DNA of 63,481 bases, filler included, from Octopus bimaculoides (taxonomy: Eukaryota), in assembly GCF_001194135.2 (NCBI RefSeq). It is 5 parts of 5 records of this genome, joined end to end, with 100 filler letters (N's around TTAATTAATTAA, not from the genome) between each part and the next. Parts side by side here need not be neighbours in the genome. Positions count along the whole stretch, not along the records: positions 1 to 20,240 come from NC_068998.1; 4 more parts are not named here. One strand, given 5' to 3'. Of this stretch, positions 1 to 13,521 are shown piece after piece. The position numbers were made by a program, and so were the translations under genes. The stretch's first letter is position 1; each line of letters starts with the position of its first letter. The notes beneath the pieces were generated by a model. It ran no database searches and was not told where the DNA came from. It worked only from the letters and a program-made list of their open reading frames with translations.

Positions 1-62
1 CACATACACACACGCACACACATAAAATTGTATTTATGCATCATTGTATGGGAAATACCTTA

Positions 63-110
<48 letters not shown>

Positions 111-128
111 TACATATATGCACATATA

Positions 129-260
129 ACGGGCTTCTTTCAGTTTCCGTCAAATCCTCTCACAAGGCTTTGGTCCGCCTGCGGCTATAGCAGAAGATAC
201 CTAACCAAGTGGAACTCAACCCGGAACCTTGTGGTTGAGAAGCAAACTTCTTACCACAGC
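129..260 (-). mobile_element. SINE family A (tRNA-derived head), partial copy
   Basis: Reverse complement matches the copies at 58712-58878 and 62821-62985 (ggtaagaagtttgcttc...aaccac...ggttccgggttcagtcc...ccttgtgag...gacggaaactgaaagaagcccgt). Confidence 0.75.
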
Positions 261-549
261 GTGGTGGTGGTGGTGGTGGGGATTTTGTTGCTATTTCTAC
301 CAAATCGATCGACCACCTGGAATGAATGACTCGTAACGTTCACTCGTAAATGAGGATTGATGGATCGGATGGAAAATGATGGCTGGCTGGCTGGCTGTAG
401 ATACATTGCAAAATTGTTGCCATTGTGTGTGTGTGTGTGTGAGTGTGTGTGTGTGTTTCGTGAATGCCATCTGTTGGTTCTGTTTTGACAACCTGTGTTA
501 TTTGAGCTTGATTGAACGTTGGAGATAGAACTGTGTGGTTTCTCTGCAG

Positions 550-570
550 GATGGCTTGGTGATACTGTGG
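550..570 (+). CDS. Candidate 21-nt micro-exon (phase 1-1, GWLGDTV) of an unidentified host gene
   Basis: Acceptor gtggtttctctgcag ends at 549, donor-like TGG|gtgggt at 571, length divisible by 3, open in phase 1. Confidence 0.3.
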
Positions 571-650
571 GTGGGTATGGGGGAAGATATGTAACTTAAA
601 TTGGTATATATGTGTGTGTGTGTGTGTGTACATATGTATAAATACGAGTA

Positions 651-718
<68 letters not shown>

Positions 719-720
719 AA

Positions 721-938
721 TTCTTTTACTTGTTTCAGTCATTTGACTGTGGCCATGTTGGATCCACCGCCTTGAAGGGTTTTAGTCGAAGAAATCGATC
801 TCAGAACTTCTTTTCTATTCCTTCTTTTTTTAAGCCTAGTACTTATTCTATCAAACTTTTTTTTACCGAACCTCTAAGTTACGAGGATGTAAACACACCA
901 ACACCGCTTGTGAAGCGGCGATGGATGGACAAACGCAG
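721..938 (-). mobile_element. SINE-like family B copy
   Basis: ttcttttacttgtttcagtcatttgactgtggccatg...aagcctagtacttattctatc...gtaaacacaccaacaccg; the same motif recurs at 2385-2575, 27405-27490, 45540-45745, 58345-58555 and 63180-63410. Confidence 0.75.
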
Positions 939-1622
939 TCCGTTAGATGATATTTTGCCAAGACATGAAATATAACTTCTGATGTACGATCTAAAGATAT
1001 GCTGATGTGCCTCGAAAAATCAAGCGGAGCTCACTGTAAGTCGTCTACCTGGTGTAGCAAAACACAGATTACGAAACAGCTGTCAACAAATCGAATAAAT
1101 ATCTGTTGTTTCACTTCTCTTATCTTGTCAGTTTATATATGTATATAAAAACAAAGCACGACGAGCTTCCATATAGTTTCCGCCTGCTAAATTTTCTCGC
1201 CACACATGTATATTGTGTGTGTATGTCTATGTCTGTTTGTGCCTGAGTGTGTATGTGCGTGTATGTTTGCGAGTGTACATGCATGTATATGCGTATATGT
1301 GTGTTCATATACTAATGTATGTATACGTGTCTGTGCATGTGTGGGATTGTGTGGAAGCGATAATGTCCGTATGATGCCATTAAGATCAATTGTTAATGAA
1401 TGATGGCAGTACCAATTCCAATAATGGTAACGTGGAACAGACGGTACCAGATTGTAAATCAAAGAAACATTCAAGTTGCCAATCCCAGTGTGTAGAGTTT
1501 CACTTCTAATATCCACAATTACATCTTTAATATCTTTAGAAGAGCCTCCTTAACGTCAAAGCGTCACGTGTGCCATAATGCTCTAACCCTGTCCCATCAA
1601 CATCTCCATTGCTTTAAGGCAT

Positions 1623-1633
1623 TATTTATAGTG

Positions 1634-1665
<32 letters not shown>

Positions 1666-1710
1666 TGTTGTAGTAGTAGTAGTAGTAGTAGTAGTAATAG
1701 TAGTAGTGGT
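1623..1710. repeat. (GTA)n trinucleotide microsatellite
   Basis: Direct tandem gta/gtt repeats. Confidence 0.95.
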
Positions 1711-2040
1711 AGGCTCTTCCTCCGACGCTTATCGTCTGCCTTTTCTTCAATTTTTTTCTCATCCCACAACTCTTTCTCGTTCCTCATATTTTCTCCCTCC
1801 TTCCCTCTCTTTCTTCTTCCCCAACGATAACGTCTGCCTTTCTTCATTACTCTTCACCCCGTCTCTCTCCCTTCTATTTCCTAGTTCTCGCTCCTCCCCA
1901 CACTTTCTCTTTCTCTCTACCCCTCATGCATTCATCTCCTTTCCTTCATTTCTCTTCACTCCCTTCTTCTTACCCTTTTCCCCCTCCCCTTCACGCTGTC
2001 GTCTGCCTTTCTTCATTGTTGTTAATCATCTTTTAATCAG

Positions 2041-2135
2041 CCGCTGCCGAAGAGGCGATGCTTCCAAGTGCGGCTCCTTTAATGGAGAATGGCAGCAGAT
2101 ACAAGGGAGGCTTCACTGGAACAGGGAACACATAA
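2041..2135 (+). CDS. Candidate terminal coding exon, phase 1: AAAEEAMLPSAAPLMENGSRYKGGFTGTGNT*
   Basis: About 300-nt pyrimidine-rich tract ends in ttttaatcag (2040); abrupt switch to GC-richer non-repetitive sequence; TAA at 2133-2135; AATAAA at 2201-2206. Confidence 0.4.
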
Positions 2136-2300
2136 TTAGACATTACAGAACATCGTTTTGCGCGCGTGTGTGTGTGTTGATGCGTTTGCGTCTGCATATA
2201 AATAAATGTGTGCTGTGTGTGTTTGTCCGTCCGTGTAAGAGAAAACTGGTTACATTCGATTAGAATATGTGTTTGTGTGTGGTGTGTGCGAGTGTGTGGT

Positions 2301-2352
<52 letters not shown>

Positions 2353-2384
2353 TGTGGTTGCGTGTGTGTATGTGCATCTTTCAT

Positions 2385-2575
2385 TTATCTTTCTTTTGCT
2401 TGCTTAAGTCATTTATTTGCGGCCATGCTGGGGCACCGCCTAGAAGGGTTTTTACTCGAACGAATCGGTCCTAGTATTTTTTTCAAGCCTGGCAACTACT
2501 CTACCGATCACTTGTGCCGAACCACTAAGTTACGTGGAGGGTGTGGGGGAGGCAAACAAACACACACACACTCAT
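2385..2575 (-). mobile_element. SINE-like family B copy
   Basis: gtcatttatttgcggccatgctggggcaccgcc...ttcaagcctggc...actaagttacg, same family as 721-938. Confidence 0.7.
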
Positions 2576-3126
2576 TGGCACACACATACACACATACAGA
2601 GTTATCTTCGTCTGTTTTTTTTCTTTTTATTTATGTTGAAGAAACAGCGTAAAAGTTCGCCACCTTTTTTTTTATTAATATAGTTTTATATATCTTAACA
2701 GCAAATAAAATTTTTTATGTACACAATTGAAAAAGCTATATAGATAGATTATATATTTCCTGGTCAGTTAATTGGTGTGAGTTTTGCGGTGTGTATACAA
2801 AGTTATTGTTTAACAATGAAGATTTTATGACTTGAATAAATAAAACTTTATTGTCATGCATGTATATGTGTATATATGTATATGTAGGTGTATATATNNN
2901 NNNNNNNNNNNNNNNNNNNNNNNNNNNNNNNNNNNNNNNNNNNNNNNNNNNNNNNNNNNNNNNNNNNNNNNNNNNNNNNNNNNNNNNNNNNNNNNNNNNN
3001 NNNNNNNNNNNNNNNNNNNNNNNNNNNNNNNNNNNNNNNNNNNNNNNNNNNNNNNNNNNNNNNNNNNNNNNNNNNNNNNNNNNNNNNNNNNNNNNNNNNN
3101 NNNNNNNNNNNNNNNNNNNNNNNNNN

Positions 3127-3180
<54 letters not shown>

Positions 3181-3587
3181 GTATATGATAATTTAATATA
3201 GACAGCCGTGTGAAATGTTTTACCAACAACGAAAAATATTATTGTCACGAAATATGACCAGGGTGTAGGAAACACCTACATTGCAAGAAATAAGACCTAA
3301 AAGGCTCTAACTTTGTAGTTAAAGTAAATGATTGTATACATGCGTACCGTTAGGGACCGTGATCGCTCGAAAGCAGCGGTGATTTAACTACAGCGTTAGA
3401 ATATTTTAGCTCTAATCTCTAGCAATGTAGGTATTCTAACACCTTAGTCACACACACGCATATATATATGTGTGTGTGTATTTGTGTATGTGTGTGTGTG
3501 TGTATATATGTGTGTGTGTGTTTGTGTGTGTGTATGTATGTATGTATATATATATATATATANNNNNNNNNNATATATATACACCAA

Positions 3588-3630
<43 letters not shown>

Positions 3631-5249
3631 TGCGTGTTTGTACTTATATTCTCATATATACACACATACACACACATATATGTACAAAGAATATAGGTGT
3701 GTATGTATGTGTATTCATGTATTAATGTGAGTATAAATGTATTTATGTATATGTGTAGTTTCGTATAAGTATGCATGCATATCTCTCTGTCTGTATATGT
3801 GTATGTATGCACGTATATATATATATTTATTTACATATTAAAATTTGCCCTGAAACCAAATGTAACTATTATCTCGTTCTCACCTGCTGCCATGTTTTCG
3901 ACCGCTTCTGCCATCTTGAAACACATAAAAAACACGCATGCTTTCACATCCATACACATGGTCTTACATCCTATTTTCTATCTGTTTAACAACTTCATTC
4001 AAATGAAGGACCTCATTAAATTGAATATTAAGCAGTTGATCAAACACACCCATTGCCTTCATTTGAAATTCAATCAAATTTTTATGGGGAAACTGGCGCT
4101 AAAATTCACTTAGGTTTTCTTTTTAAAAAGCGAGGTGGGAGGATGGAAGGAAGGGAGAATAAATAAATAAATAAATAAATAAATAAATATTGATTGTAAA
4201 AATTCTGTCGTCTGCTTTGTGTTTTTTTTTAAAGTTCTTTAATTATATCTCGCTTCTATCTTTATTTATTTATTGCATTGTTCATCTTTTAAAACTCAAT
4301 CATCCAGTTAGCTGATGCATTTCACATCTCTGTGACGAAAGAAAAAATTACAATACAGAGACACACATATATACAAAAATATAACTCATTCATGTATTTT
4401 TTTTTTATTAAAATTTAATTTGTTTTATTTTTCCTCCTTCCCCAGTAACTTCTTACAATATCTTTTTTCTTTTTGTTTCCATTTGAAAATTCTTTAATTA
4501 ATTCATTCTATTAGTTCCTTCATTTTTAATATTTAAAACACAAATATTTATTTATTTCATATTATTCAAGAGAAAAATCTTGTATCGTCTGCTTTGATAT
4601 TCATATTGTTCTTATTTTGCAACTTGCTTTTCGTTTTACGTTATCTATCTTTCCATTCGTTCTTACATTTGTTCGCAAAACTAATTCTTTCACTCTCATC
4701 AGTTAAATTCGTCCCTGCTTTCCTGTTTTCTTTTTATTCTTTCCTTCCTTTCTCCTTTTATACCTTCATTCTATTAATTCGTTTATTCAGCCATTCATCA
4801 ATTCCTGTTCTTTTTTCATTTAGCTTTATTTATTTTTCCATTTTAAAACATTATTTTCATGTTCGTTATCTTAATTAAATTGTACAATCTAATGTATTCT
4901 TCCATTATTTAACAAACGAAAATGTGCTTTGAGGGAGTTTTGCTGCTCTTTCTAGCAGGTCGGGGGACTACGTGTTTCTTTATCCATTTTATCTTCGAAC
5001 GATAAAAACTTTTCCATTCTTCTTTATATTTATATATTTATCAAAATTCGTTTTCATCTTTCAAATATATCATTTCATTTCATTCTATATATTTTCACTT
5101 ATTTATTCGGATTTTCCCTTTAGAACTCAATCGTATTTCCTTCTTCAATTCGTTCAAAGTATCTCGTTCATTTATTTTATGTGGAAATTCTTTCCTCATT
5201 TTTCATTTTAACTTATTTAGCTGTTCATCTTTCTGAGTAAGATGTCTCA

Positions 5250-5635
5250 GTTAAACAGTTATCTGGCGATGTTGAACAGTTAGTTCTTCATATTACAACA
5301 GTCACTTGTTTTTAACAGTTATTTGTGTTTAGAAAGTAATTTGTTCATGTTATTCGTCCACGCTTAACAGTTATTTGCTAATGTTTAAAAGTTATCTGTT
5401 CCTGTTCAACAGTTATTTGTCAATGGTTAACAGTTATTTGTGAACTTTTAACAGTTATTTAGCCACGTTCAACAGTTATATCTTCATATCTGACAGTCAT
5501 TTTTCCACGTTTAAAAGTTATTTATGTTCAGCAGTTATTTTCTTGTGTTTAAAAGTTATTTGCTATATTTAACAGTTATCTGTCCACGTTTAGCAGTTAG
5601 TTGTTCATGTTTAACAGTTTTTTTTTAACAGTGAC
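5250..5635. repeat. Degenerate minisatellite, about 21-bp period, core (tt)aacagttattt
   Basis: Roughly 18 recurrences of aacagtt/aaaagtt/agcagtt at near-regular spacing. Confidence 0.85.
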
Positions 5636-6691
5636 ATGTTGTTCATCGGTTTTGTTGACATTTCTTATTTGTATATTATGACATCCAGTAGTTATTTGTT
5701 GTTCAGAAATCTTTGAATTATATCCAACTACAAATGTAGTTTCCATCTTCGCTATTTTTAGCGAAAATTAGTTATATGGAGATTGGGAAATATATTACAG
5801 AGTTTTAAACCGTTAATTCAGAAGATATCAGCGATTGTCAGAAGAATGGTTTACATGCGTACACATATATAATATACGTACATGCATAAAAGCCCAGAAA
5901 CCACTGTGAGTTTTCTTCAAAGATTCTTCGCTTCTTTGAACATCTGATGAGGTGGACGAATTGTACACACACAAGACTTACAGTAATGTGTAGCGAAGTC
6001 AAATTGTTACTAAAAATATATGCAACACTTATCAAATATGTTGAACACTATTTTCTTTCATTTNNNNNNNNNNNNNNNNNNNNNNNNNNNNNNNNNNNNN
6101 NNNNNNNNNNNNNNNNNNNNNNNNNNNNNNNNNNNNNNNNNNNNNNNNNNNNNNNNNNNNNNNNNNNNNNNNNNNNNNNNNNNNNNNNNNNNNNNNATAT
6201 ATATATATATATATATATATAAATGAATACTTATATGTATGCATGTAACTATCCATCCATCCATCCATCCATCCATGTATCTGTCTATCATACATTTATG
6301 CTTGCCTGCAATGTAACTATTTACTAAAAAATATTACAAATTATTTCAGCACCAAGACGAAAATAATGTATGGAAGCGTATTTGTGCATTAATAGAATAC
6401 TGACACATCTCTGTAAATTAGCAAACATCTGAGTCTGTTATGTTAGAAGTGGATGGTTGGGGCTTCCATCCATCTTGTTCAACACACCGCATTTTATATT
6501 TTATTACAGTAATTTTTATTGGAGAAATAATTAGTGTAATTGCAGCTGCTGTTGCTGCTGCTGCTGCCATCGCCACTGCTGTCACTGCTACCACTGCTAC
6601 TACCGATGTTAGCACTGCTGGTGTTGGTGTTACAACATAACTACAGATATCCCGGAGTGTGTTACAATGGCAGCTGAGCTCTTACAAACAT

Positions 6692-6737
<46 letters not shown>

Positions 6738-8126
6738 CTACACCCCCGACGCATACAAGCATGCATACGACCACAGCATGCATCTTTTCATATATGTTAA
6801 TATCTATACAAATATGAGTATGTGGGAATATTTGTGTGTAATATATATATACATACACACACATTTATATATGTGAAAATGCTGTATAATATGTGATTGT
6901 ATGTATATATCTGTATGCATGTATAAAGATATATGTATATATATGTATGTATATATACACACACATGCACATACGTATATATGTGTGTATGTATATATGC
7001 ATATTGTTTACTGTTGCGAACAGTTTATATTTGAATCTAAGCCGTTACCTCATAATTCATTTATAATCTTAAGTGGGTATAGGTCGTAGATCATCATTCG
7101 CCTATACATCGGATCAAATTGGAATGTTTAGTGAGTTAGGCATTTCACTAGGCTGGGTTATGTAACAGGCACAAACGAGTCAGACGACTGCGCTTTCGCG
7201 GTAAACGTTGTGTAAAGACATAGATGTTTATACCTAGTTTCCAAGCCCAGAACGTATAAAACTAGTGTGTTATATAGAGATAATGGGTTCAGTTCTTGTC
7301 AGTTCAATCAGTTTGTAATTTTCCTTTTATCTAAAATTGGTGTGTTCAATGCACAATTTTATCTACAAGGAAGATGCATACTTTTATCTACATAGAAGAG
7401 TAGGTAGGAATAAGCGAGTGGTGCTAAAAAGAGAGCTAAAATAGTGAAGATCAAGTGTCGGTGGATATTGAAGGTACAAGAGGGTGGATAAAGGTGGGTG
7501 GACACAGAAGAACAGAAAATAGTAGAGGCTCTGAAAATGAAGGATGGTTGGAGATGGGGAATGAATGAAGGCGGAAGATATGAAAACAAGTATTGAGGGC
7601 CGGTTCATGATAAATGGACGATGGGAAGGCAGGGGAGAGTAGGTGATGACTGTACAGATTGGGTTGAGTTGAGGGGTGGAAATAGTAACGAATGCTGACA
7701 AGGGTGGAGAGGTGGTCTATTATTTTGTTGAATACTAACTGCTATCCATACGATAGGCCTCCCCTCTCTAGTGTAAAGGGAGGGCAGACAAGAAACGATA
7801 CAGCCTGGAGGCATTGTTATCGCAGACAAATCCAGAACATAAAGAGTTGGAATAAATATCGCAATGACTTTTGTCCAGCATTCTAATAATTCTGGCAATA
7901 CATCGCTTCACAGATTGAAACCACAGTCTCGCGATCGCAAGTGTCACACCATAACCACTGGTCCAAGCGCCCTCACACATACACATATACATACACTCAT
8001 ACACTCCCATAAATATTATTTATACACACATAATATAAAATATAAAATAAAGTATTTCCAGTCTGTCCTCTTCAGGACATAATCTCTCTGGAATCTACCT
8101 GCTAACTGTTTCTTTTTTACCTGCAG

Positions 8127-8209
8127 ATGTTGACCCTGAGCGATTTAAACATAACATTAATGATATCAAGCACACCGTTCTTGGTAAGGGCGGAGTCTAC
8201 AAAGGTTAA
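8127..8209 (+). CDS. Candidate exon, phase 1: DVDPERFKHNINDIKHTVL (57-nt internal exon to 8183), or read-through to ...GKGGVYKG* (8209)
   Basis: Branch-point-like gctaac (8101-8106), polypyrimidine tract, ctgcag acceptor (8126), and G|gtaagg donor at 8184 giving a frame-symmetric 57-nt exon. Confidence 0.5.
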
Positions 8210-8790
8210 GGGCTTTGTCGCTTCCTCTAGTATCAGCAAGTATAAATTACGTTATCTTCCTGGAAAGGATGCTAGACTATATTGGTTAACTTCCCTTGAT
8301 AATCTGATGAAGTAGGTCAACTAAATTACTATGGAATATAAGAACAGCAGAGAGAGAGACTTGCTACTGATTTGAACTCGCAACCTTTAGTCTTTTATTT
8401 TACGTACTTTGATTTCCGCTTCTTTCGATCAAGTTAAATCTCTATTTTTCTCTCTTTTTGTTTCTTCATTCCTGTCTGTCTGTTTGTCTGACTTTCTCTC
8501 ACCTCTGTTTGTGCGCGTGTGTGTGTGTGTATACAAGAAGAAATACGTGCACACAAACACATATATGTATGCATGTATGTATATATATNNNNNNNNNNNN
8601 NNTATATATATATATATATATATATATCTGGATGAAACACGTGTGTATGTGTGCGCATATATATATATATATATAAACACTTATATACGTACATAAATGC
8701 ACATGCGTGTTATTCGTAATCCATACACATACACACACACATGTGTATGTGTGTGAGTGTGTCTGTGTGTGTATGTACGTGTGTGCACGC

Positions 8791-8823
<33 letters not shown>

Positions 8824-8960
8824 AAAGGATCAATTTCTTTTTTATATCTTATAACAACAACAGCCACCGAAGAATATAGAAAATAAAGATTACCATTTTA
8901 TGGATTTCATCACCTTTGTCGCCTTCCCCCCTCCCCACCAAAACCACCAACATATCTTCC

Positions 8961-9001
<41 letters not shown>

Positions 9002-9964
9002 NNNNNNNNNNNNNNNNNNNNNNNNNNNNNNNNNNNNNNNNNNNNNNNNNNNNNNNNNNNNNNNNNNNNNNNNNNNNNNNNNNNNNNNNNNNNNNNNNNN
9101 NNNNNNNNNNNNNNNNNNNNNNNNNNNNNNNNNNNNNNNNNNNNNNNNNNNNNNNNNNNNNNNNNNNNNNNNNNNNNNNNNNNNNNNNNNNNNNNNNNNN
9201 NNNNNNNNNNNNNNNNNNNNNNNNNNNNNNNNNNNNNNNNNNNNNNNNNNNNNNNNNNNNNNNNNNNNNNNNNNNNNNNNNNNNNNNNNNNNNNNNNNNN
9301 NNNNNNNNNNNNNNNNNNNNNNNNNNNNNNNNNNNNNNNNNNNNNNNNNNNNNNNNNNNNNNNNNNNNNNNNNNNNNNNNNNNNNNNNNNNNNNNNNNNN
9401 NNNNNNNNNNNNNNNNNNNNNNNNNNNNNNNNNNNNNNNNNNNNNNNNNNNNNNNNNNNNNNNNNNNNNNNNNNNNNNNNNNNNTATACATTATACATAT
9501 ATATGTATATACACTTATGTACACATATGTACATATATGTGTGTGTGTATGTGTGTATGAATATGTGTGTTTCTGTACACGCGTCTTTATCGGTTACCTT
9601 CTTCTTCTCTTTCTTCCCTCCTTCTCCTTCTCTTCTTTCCTCCTCTTCCTCTACCTCCTCCGTTTCCCTCTCTTTCGTGTAACATCTTCGCTGTCCTTCC
9701 TCTTCTGTCTCCTCTCGACTCACTTCCTCTGTTCGATTCGAAAGAAAGCAAGAAAGGAAAGAAGAGAAAGTAGAAAAGAAAGAAAGAAAGAAAAAAGAAA
9801 GAAGGGAAGGAAGAAAGAAAGAAAGAGAGAAAGGAGAGAAAGAAAGGAACAAAGAAACAAAGAAAGAAAAAAGAAAAAAGCTGGGGATTTTGGAAATATT
9901 TTTCTTTTTCCATCTTTGAAGGATTCTGTAGGAAGGAATTTTCCCACTAAAAGTGAAGAGTAAA

Positions 9965-10480
9965 AGTGGTGACACAGTTTTGGTTGTAGTATTTGTGGTG
10001 GCGGTGTTGTTGGTGATGTTGTGGCACCGGTATTGTGTTGCTGTTAGTGTTAATGGTAGAGCTGTTGCGGCGGTAGTAGTGATAGTGGTAGTCGAGGTAA
10101 TATTGTGAAGGTGGTGGTGGTTGTGGTGCTAGTAGTGTCGGTGGTTATGCTGCAGTATTGTACTGTGGTAGTGTTGTAGTCCCCTCGGTGTTGTTGTTGT
10201 TACGGTGGTAGTCTCATAGTGGTAGTGGTGGGAGTATAGTAGTAGTAGTTGCAGTGGTTGTAGTGGTGGTGGTAGTATTGTAGTAGTAGTAGTAGTTGTA
10301 GTGGTGGTGGTGATGGTGGTGGTAGTGGTGGGGCTGGTGGTGGTGGTGGTGGTAGTAGCAGTAGTAGTAGTTGTTGTAGTGGTAGTGGTAGTAGAAATGG
10401 TGGTGGTTAAACCGGCTTTTGTTGGTTTCATGCTAGTATTGGCGGTAGTGTTGTTGTTGGTGGTGTTGTGGTACACGTGA
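9965..10480. repeat. Compound (GTG/GTA/GTT)n low-complexity array
   Basis: Direct inspection; explains the poly-Thr ORF in the track. Confidence 0.9.
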
Positions 10481-11095
10481 TGATAGTAGCGAAAGTAGAT
10501 AATAACAATAATGGTGTTGTTAGACGTATAAGAATTCCGGCCGTGACCATCCTGTTTTTTTTCTCTTCTTTTGGCGAGCCTCAACGACACAATATATTTA
10601 AAACCATATACCTTCTTTTAAGAAACTAGTATCTGATTTTAAGAGAGACTTGGCTGTTATTTCTAGTTAGTGTCTCGACCATCCGTTGGTATATTGATGT
10701 TGATGGCGGTGGTTGAGGCGTCGGTGGAAACGATGGCCATGTTGTGGAGTTTGCGTTGGTGACGAGAAGTATGGTAGCCATATTGAAAGACGATAGCATA
10801 CGATTGTGGTGGTGGTGGTGGTGGTGGGCCAGTGTGGAACGGAGCTGTGAAGAAATAAAGCATTGATTGATAAGGAGGTGGGGTTGTGGGTGGGGAAGGG
10901 TTTATTGGTAAAATAGTAAACTAGAGGGCGTTGTGGTAGACACAGAGTGAAAAATCATTGATGTTGTCACATAACAAGGTCATCGCTTAACTATGTGACT
11001 AAGGAGTCGAAGAACTTGACGAATCTCGCACAGGTCTTCTTCAACGATTTCATCTGTCTGTCTGTCTGTCTGTCCAGTTACCCATCGCCTTTTAC

Positions 11096-11129
<34 letters not shown>

Positions 11130-11464
11130 TGTATGTATGTATGTATGTATATATATATATGGATGTATATGTATATATACATATGTATGTGTGTGTATGT
11201 ATTTATGTGTTTGCATATATATATATAAAATTTTTGTGCGTATCTCTCTACCAATGCATTTAACTCTCTAATTTTCAACCTATTAATTAAACAACCAATT
11301 AATTACTCTATTGATCGCCTCCCCTCACTCTCTCCCCCTTTCCTGCTCTCTCTCTCTCCCCCTTTCCTGCTCTCTCTCTCTCCCCCTTTCCTGCTCTCTC
11401 TCTCTCTCTCTCTCTCTGTCACTCGATTTCTATATGTGTGTGTGAGTGTGTATGTATGTATACC

Positions 11465-11503
<39 letters not shown>

Positions 11504-11899
11504 ACATATGTATATATATGCATATATATGTTTACATAGGGGTATATATATGTGTGTTGTTGTTGTTGATCTTGGTAGCTTTAAACGAACAAAAGTGCGA
11601 TTTGCGACTGATCAATAACTGTGTTTGACAGAGGTGAAGCGGGAAATATCAGTGAAATTGGAAGAAGATGGGTGTGATTGGAGGGGAGGGTGTGGCGGTG
11701 AAGGGGATTATTTGTGCTGAGAATATGGATGGAGGATGTGTGTGTGTACGTGTGTGTGTGTGTGTGTTATTGTGTAGAGGGTGAGAGAGTCGATATGCCG
11801 ATAGATAAACCATTCTCTGATCTGTCACCCAGAAATGTCTCCAAGTTGTGTTGGTATTTATATATCAAATATCTGTACATGTAAATATGTGTGTACGTA

Positions 11900-11932
<33 letters not shown>

Positions 11933-12105
11933 TTGTATGTATACATTTACATGTATTTGTCTATAAGTATATATAGTTTGATATATGTGTATCTGTCTGT
12001 CTGTCAATCTATTTATCTATCTATCTGACTGCCTGACTGTCTTTCTGCTTGTCTATCTATCTCTCTATCTCTCTCTCTCTCTCTATCTCTCTATCTCTCT
12101 ATCTC

Positions 12106-12136
<31 letters not shown>

Positions 12137-12260
12137 CTCTCTCTATCTCTCTATCTTTTTTTTTTTTCCTTCCTTCCTCCTCCCAAAAAGAAAAGCTCTA
12201 CATTGTATTTGTCCCATCTTCGTTGAGCCCTGTGTGGCTAATAAAAGAAATGTATGTATG

Positions 12261-12325
<65 letters not shown>

Positions 12326-13325
12326 GTCTATCTATCCATCCATCTGTTCAGTGTGTGTGTGTGTGTACAATGCATTAGTAAGTTTGTAAGACTTATTACG
12401 TGCAGAAAAATACCGCAAAATACGTAAAAAACAAGATTCAATGACGTCAGGATCATAAATATTCCATTTATTGGATTACAGATCCGCTTTACTGTTTTAA
12501 GTTAATCAGAAGAGTTTATGTCTGTTCTTTACATGGAAATGACTGAGTTATCGATGGTATTTGTCATTAAAGGCCATCGGTTTATTAATTTCCTGCTTGA
12601 CTTGCGTTCAGGATAATGGTCGGAATATTTCTGATGTTTCGGTTTTCCTGGTTCACGACTGCTTTTGAGTTCACAAACAAAGAATTTGTTCTCGTGGCGA
12701 CACGTAGAAATTAGCTCTGATTTTTCTGTTATGGTTTTCGTTTTAGAGAGAAATGAAGTATTTTTTTTACCTAATTGTGGCTTGTGTAATACTGAAATTA
12801 CTATATTGTTGCCAAAATAACGGTAACTTTATACAGACGATAAGATTTAATTTCATTCAATTCAGTACCTACAGTTTTATCGAGATAGGCTAAGAATAAA
12901 CATTTGAGAAACGGGAGATCTGTGCACCAGAGACGTATACATAAGAGACAAAGTGCGTGTGCGTATGTTTGTGTGTGTGGGGGTGTATGTATGTATATTC
13001 GCATGTTTGCATATGTTTATTGAGAAAATAATTAACAATTCNNNNNNNNNNNNNNNNNNNNNNNNNNNNNNNNNNNNNNNNNNNNNNNNNNNNNNNNNNN
13101 NNNNNNNNNNNNNNNNNNNNNNNNNNNNNNNNNNNNNNNNNNNNNNNNNNNNNNNNNNNNNNNNNNNNNNNNNNNNNNNNNNNNNNNNNNNNNNNNNNNN
13201 NNNNNNNNNNNNNNNNNNNNNNNNNNNNNNNNNNNNNNNNNNNNNNNNNNNNNNNNNNNNNNNNNNNNNNNNNNNNNNNNNNNNNNNNNNNNNNNNNNNN
13301 NNNNNNNNNNNNNNNNNNNNNNNNN

Positions 13326-13357
<32 letters not shown>

Positions 13358-13473
13358 TATATGTATATCTATTTTTCAATATTATATATCTACAAATATA
13401 AAATATACCTATGTATATATATGTGTATGTGTATGCGTGAGTGTGTGTGTGAGTATGCATATATATTTATATC

Positions 13474-13521
<48 letters not shown>

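Noticed and set aside
5250-5635. CRISPR-like array
   Set aside because: Eukaryotic context, no constant repeat with unique spacers, no cas genes; it is a minisatellite.
7420-7980. Purine-rich tract and adjoining ORF-like stretch (7692-8082)
   Set aside because: No recognisable motif in any frame; possibly an old retroelement end, but unsupported.
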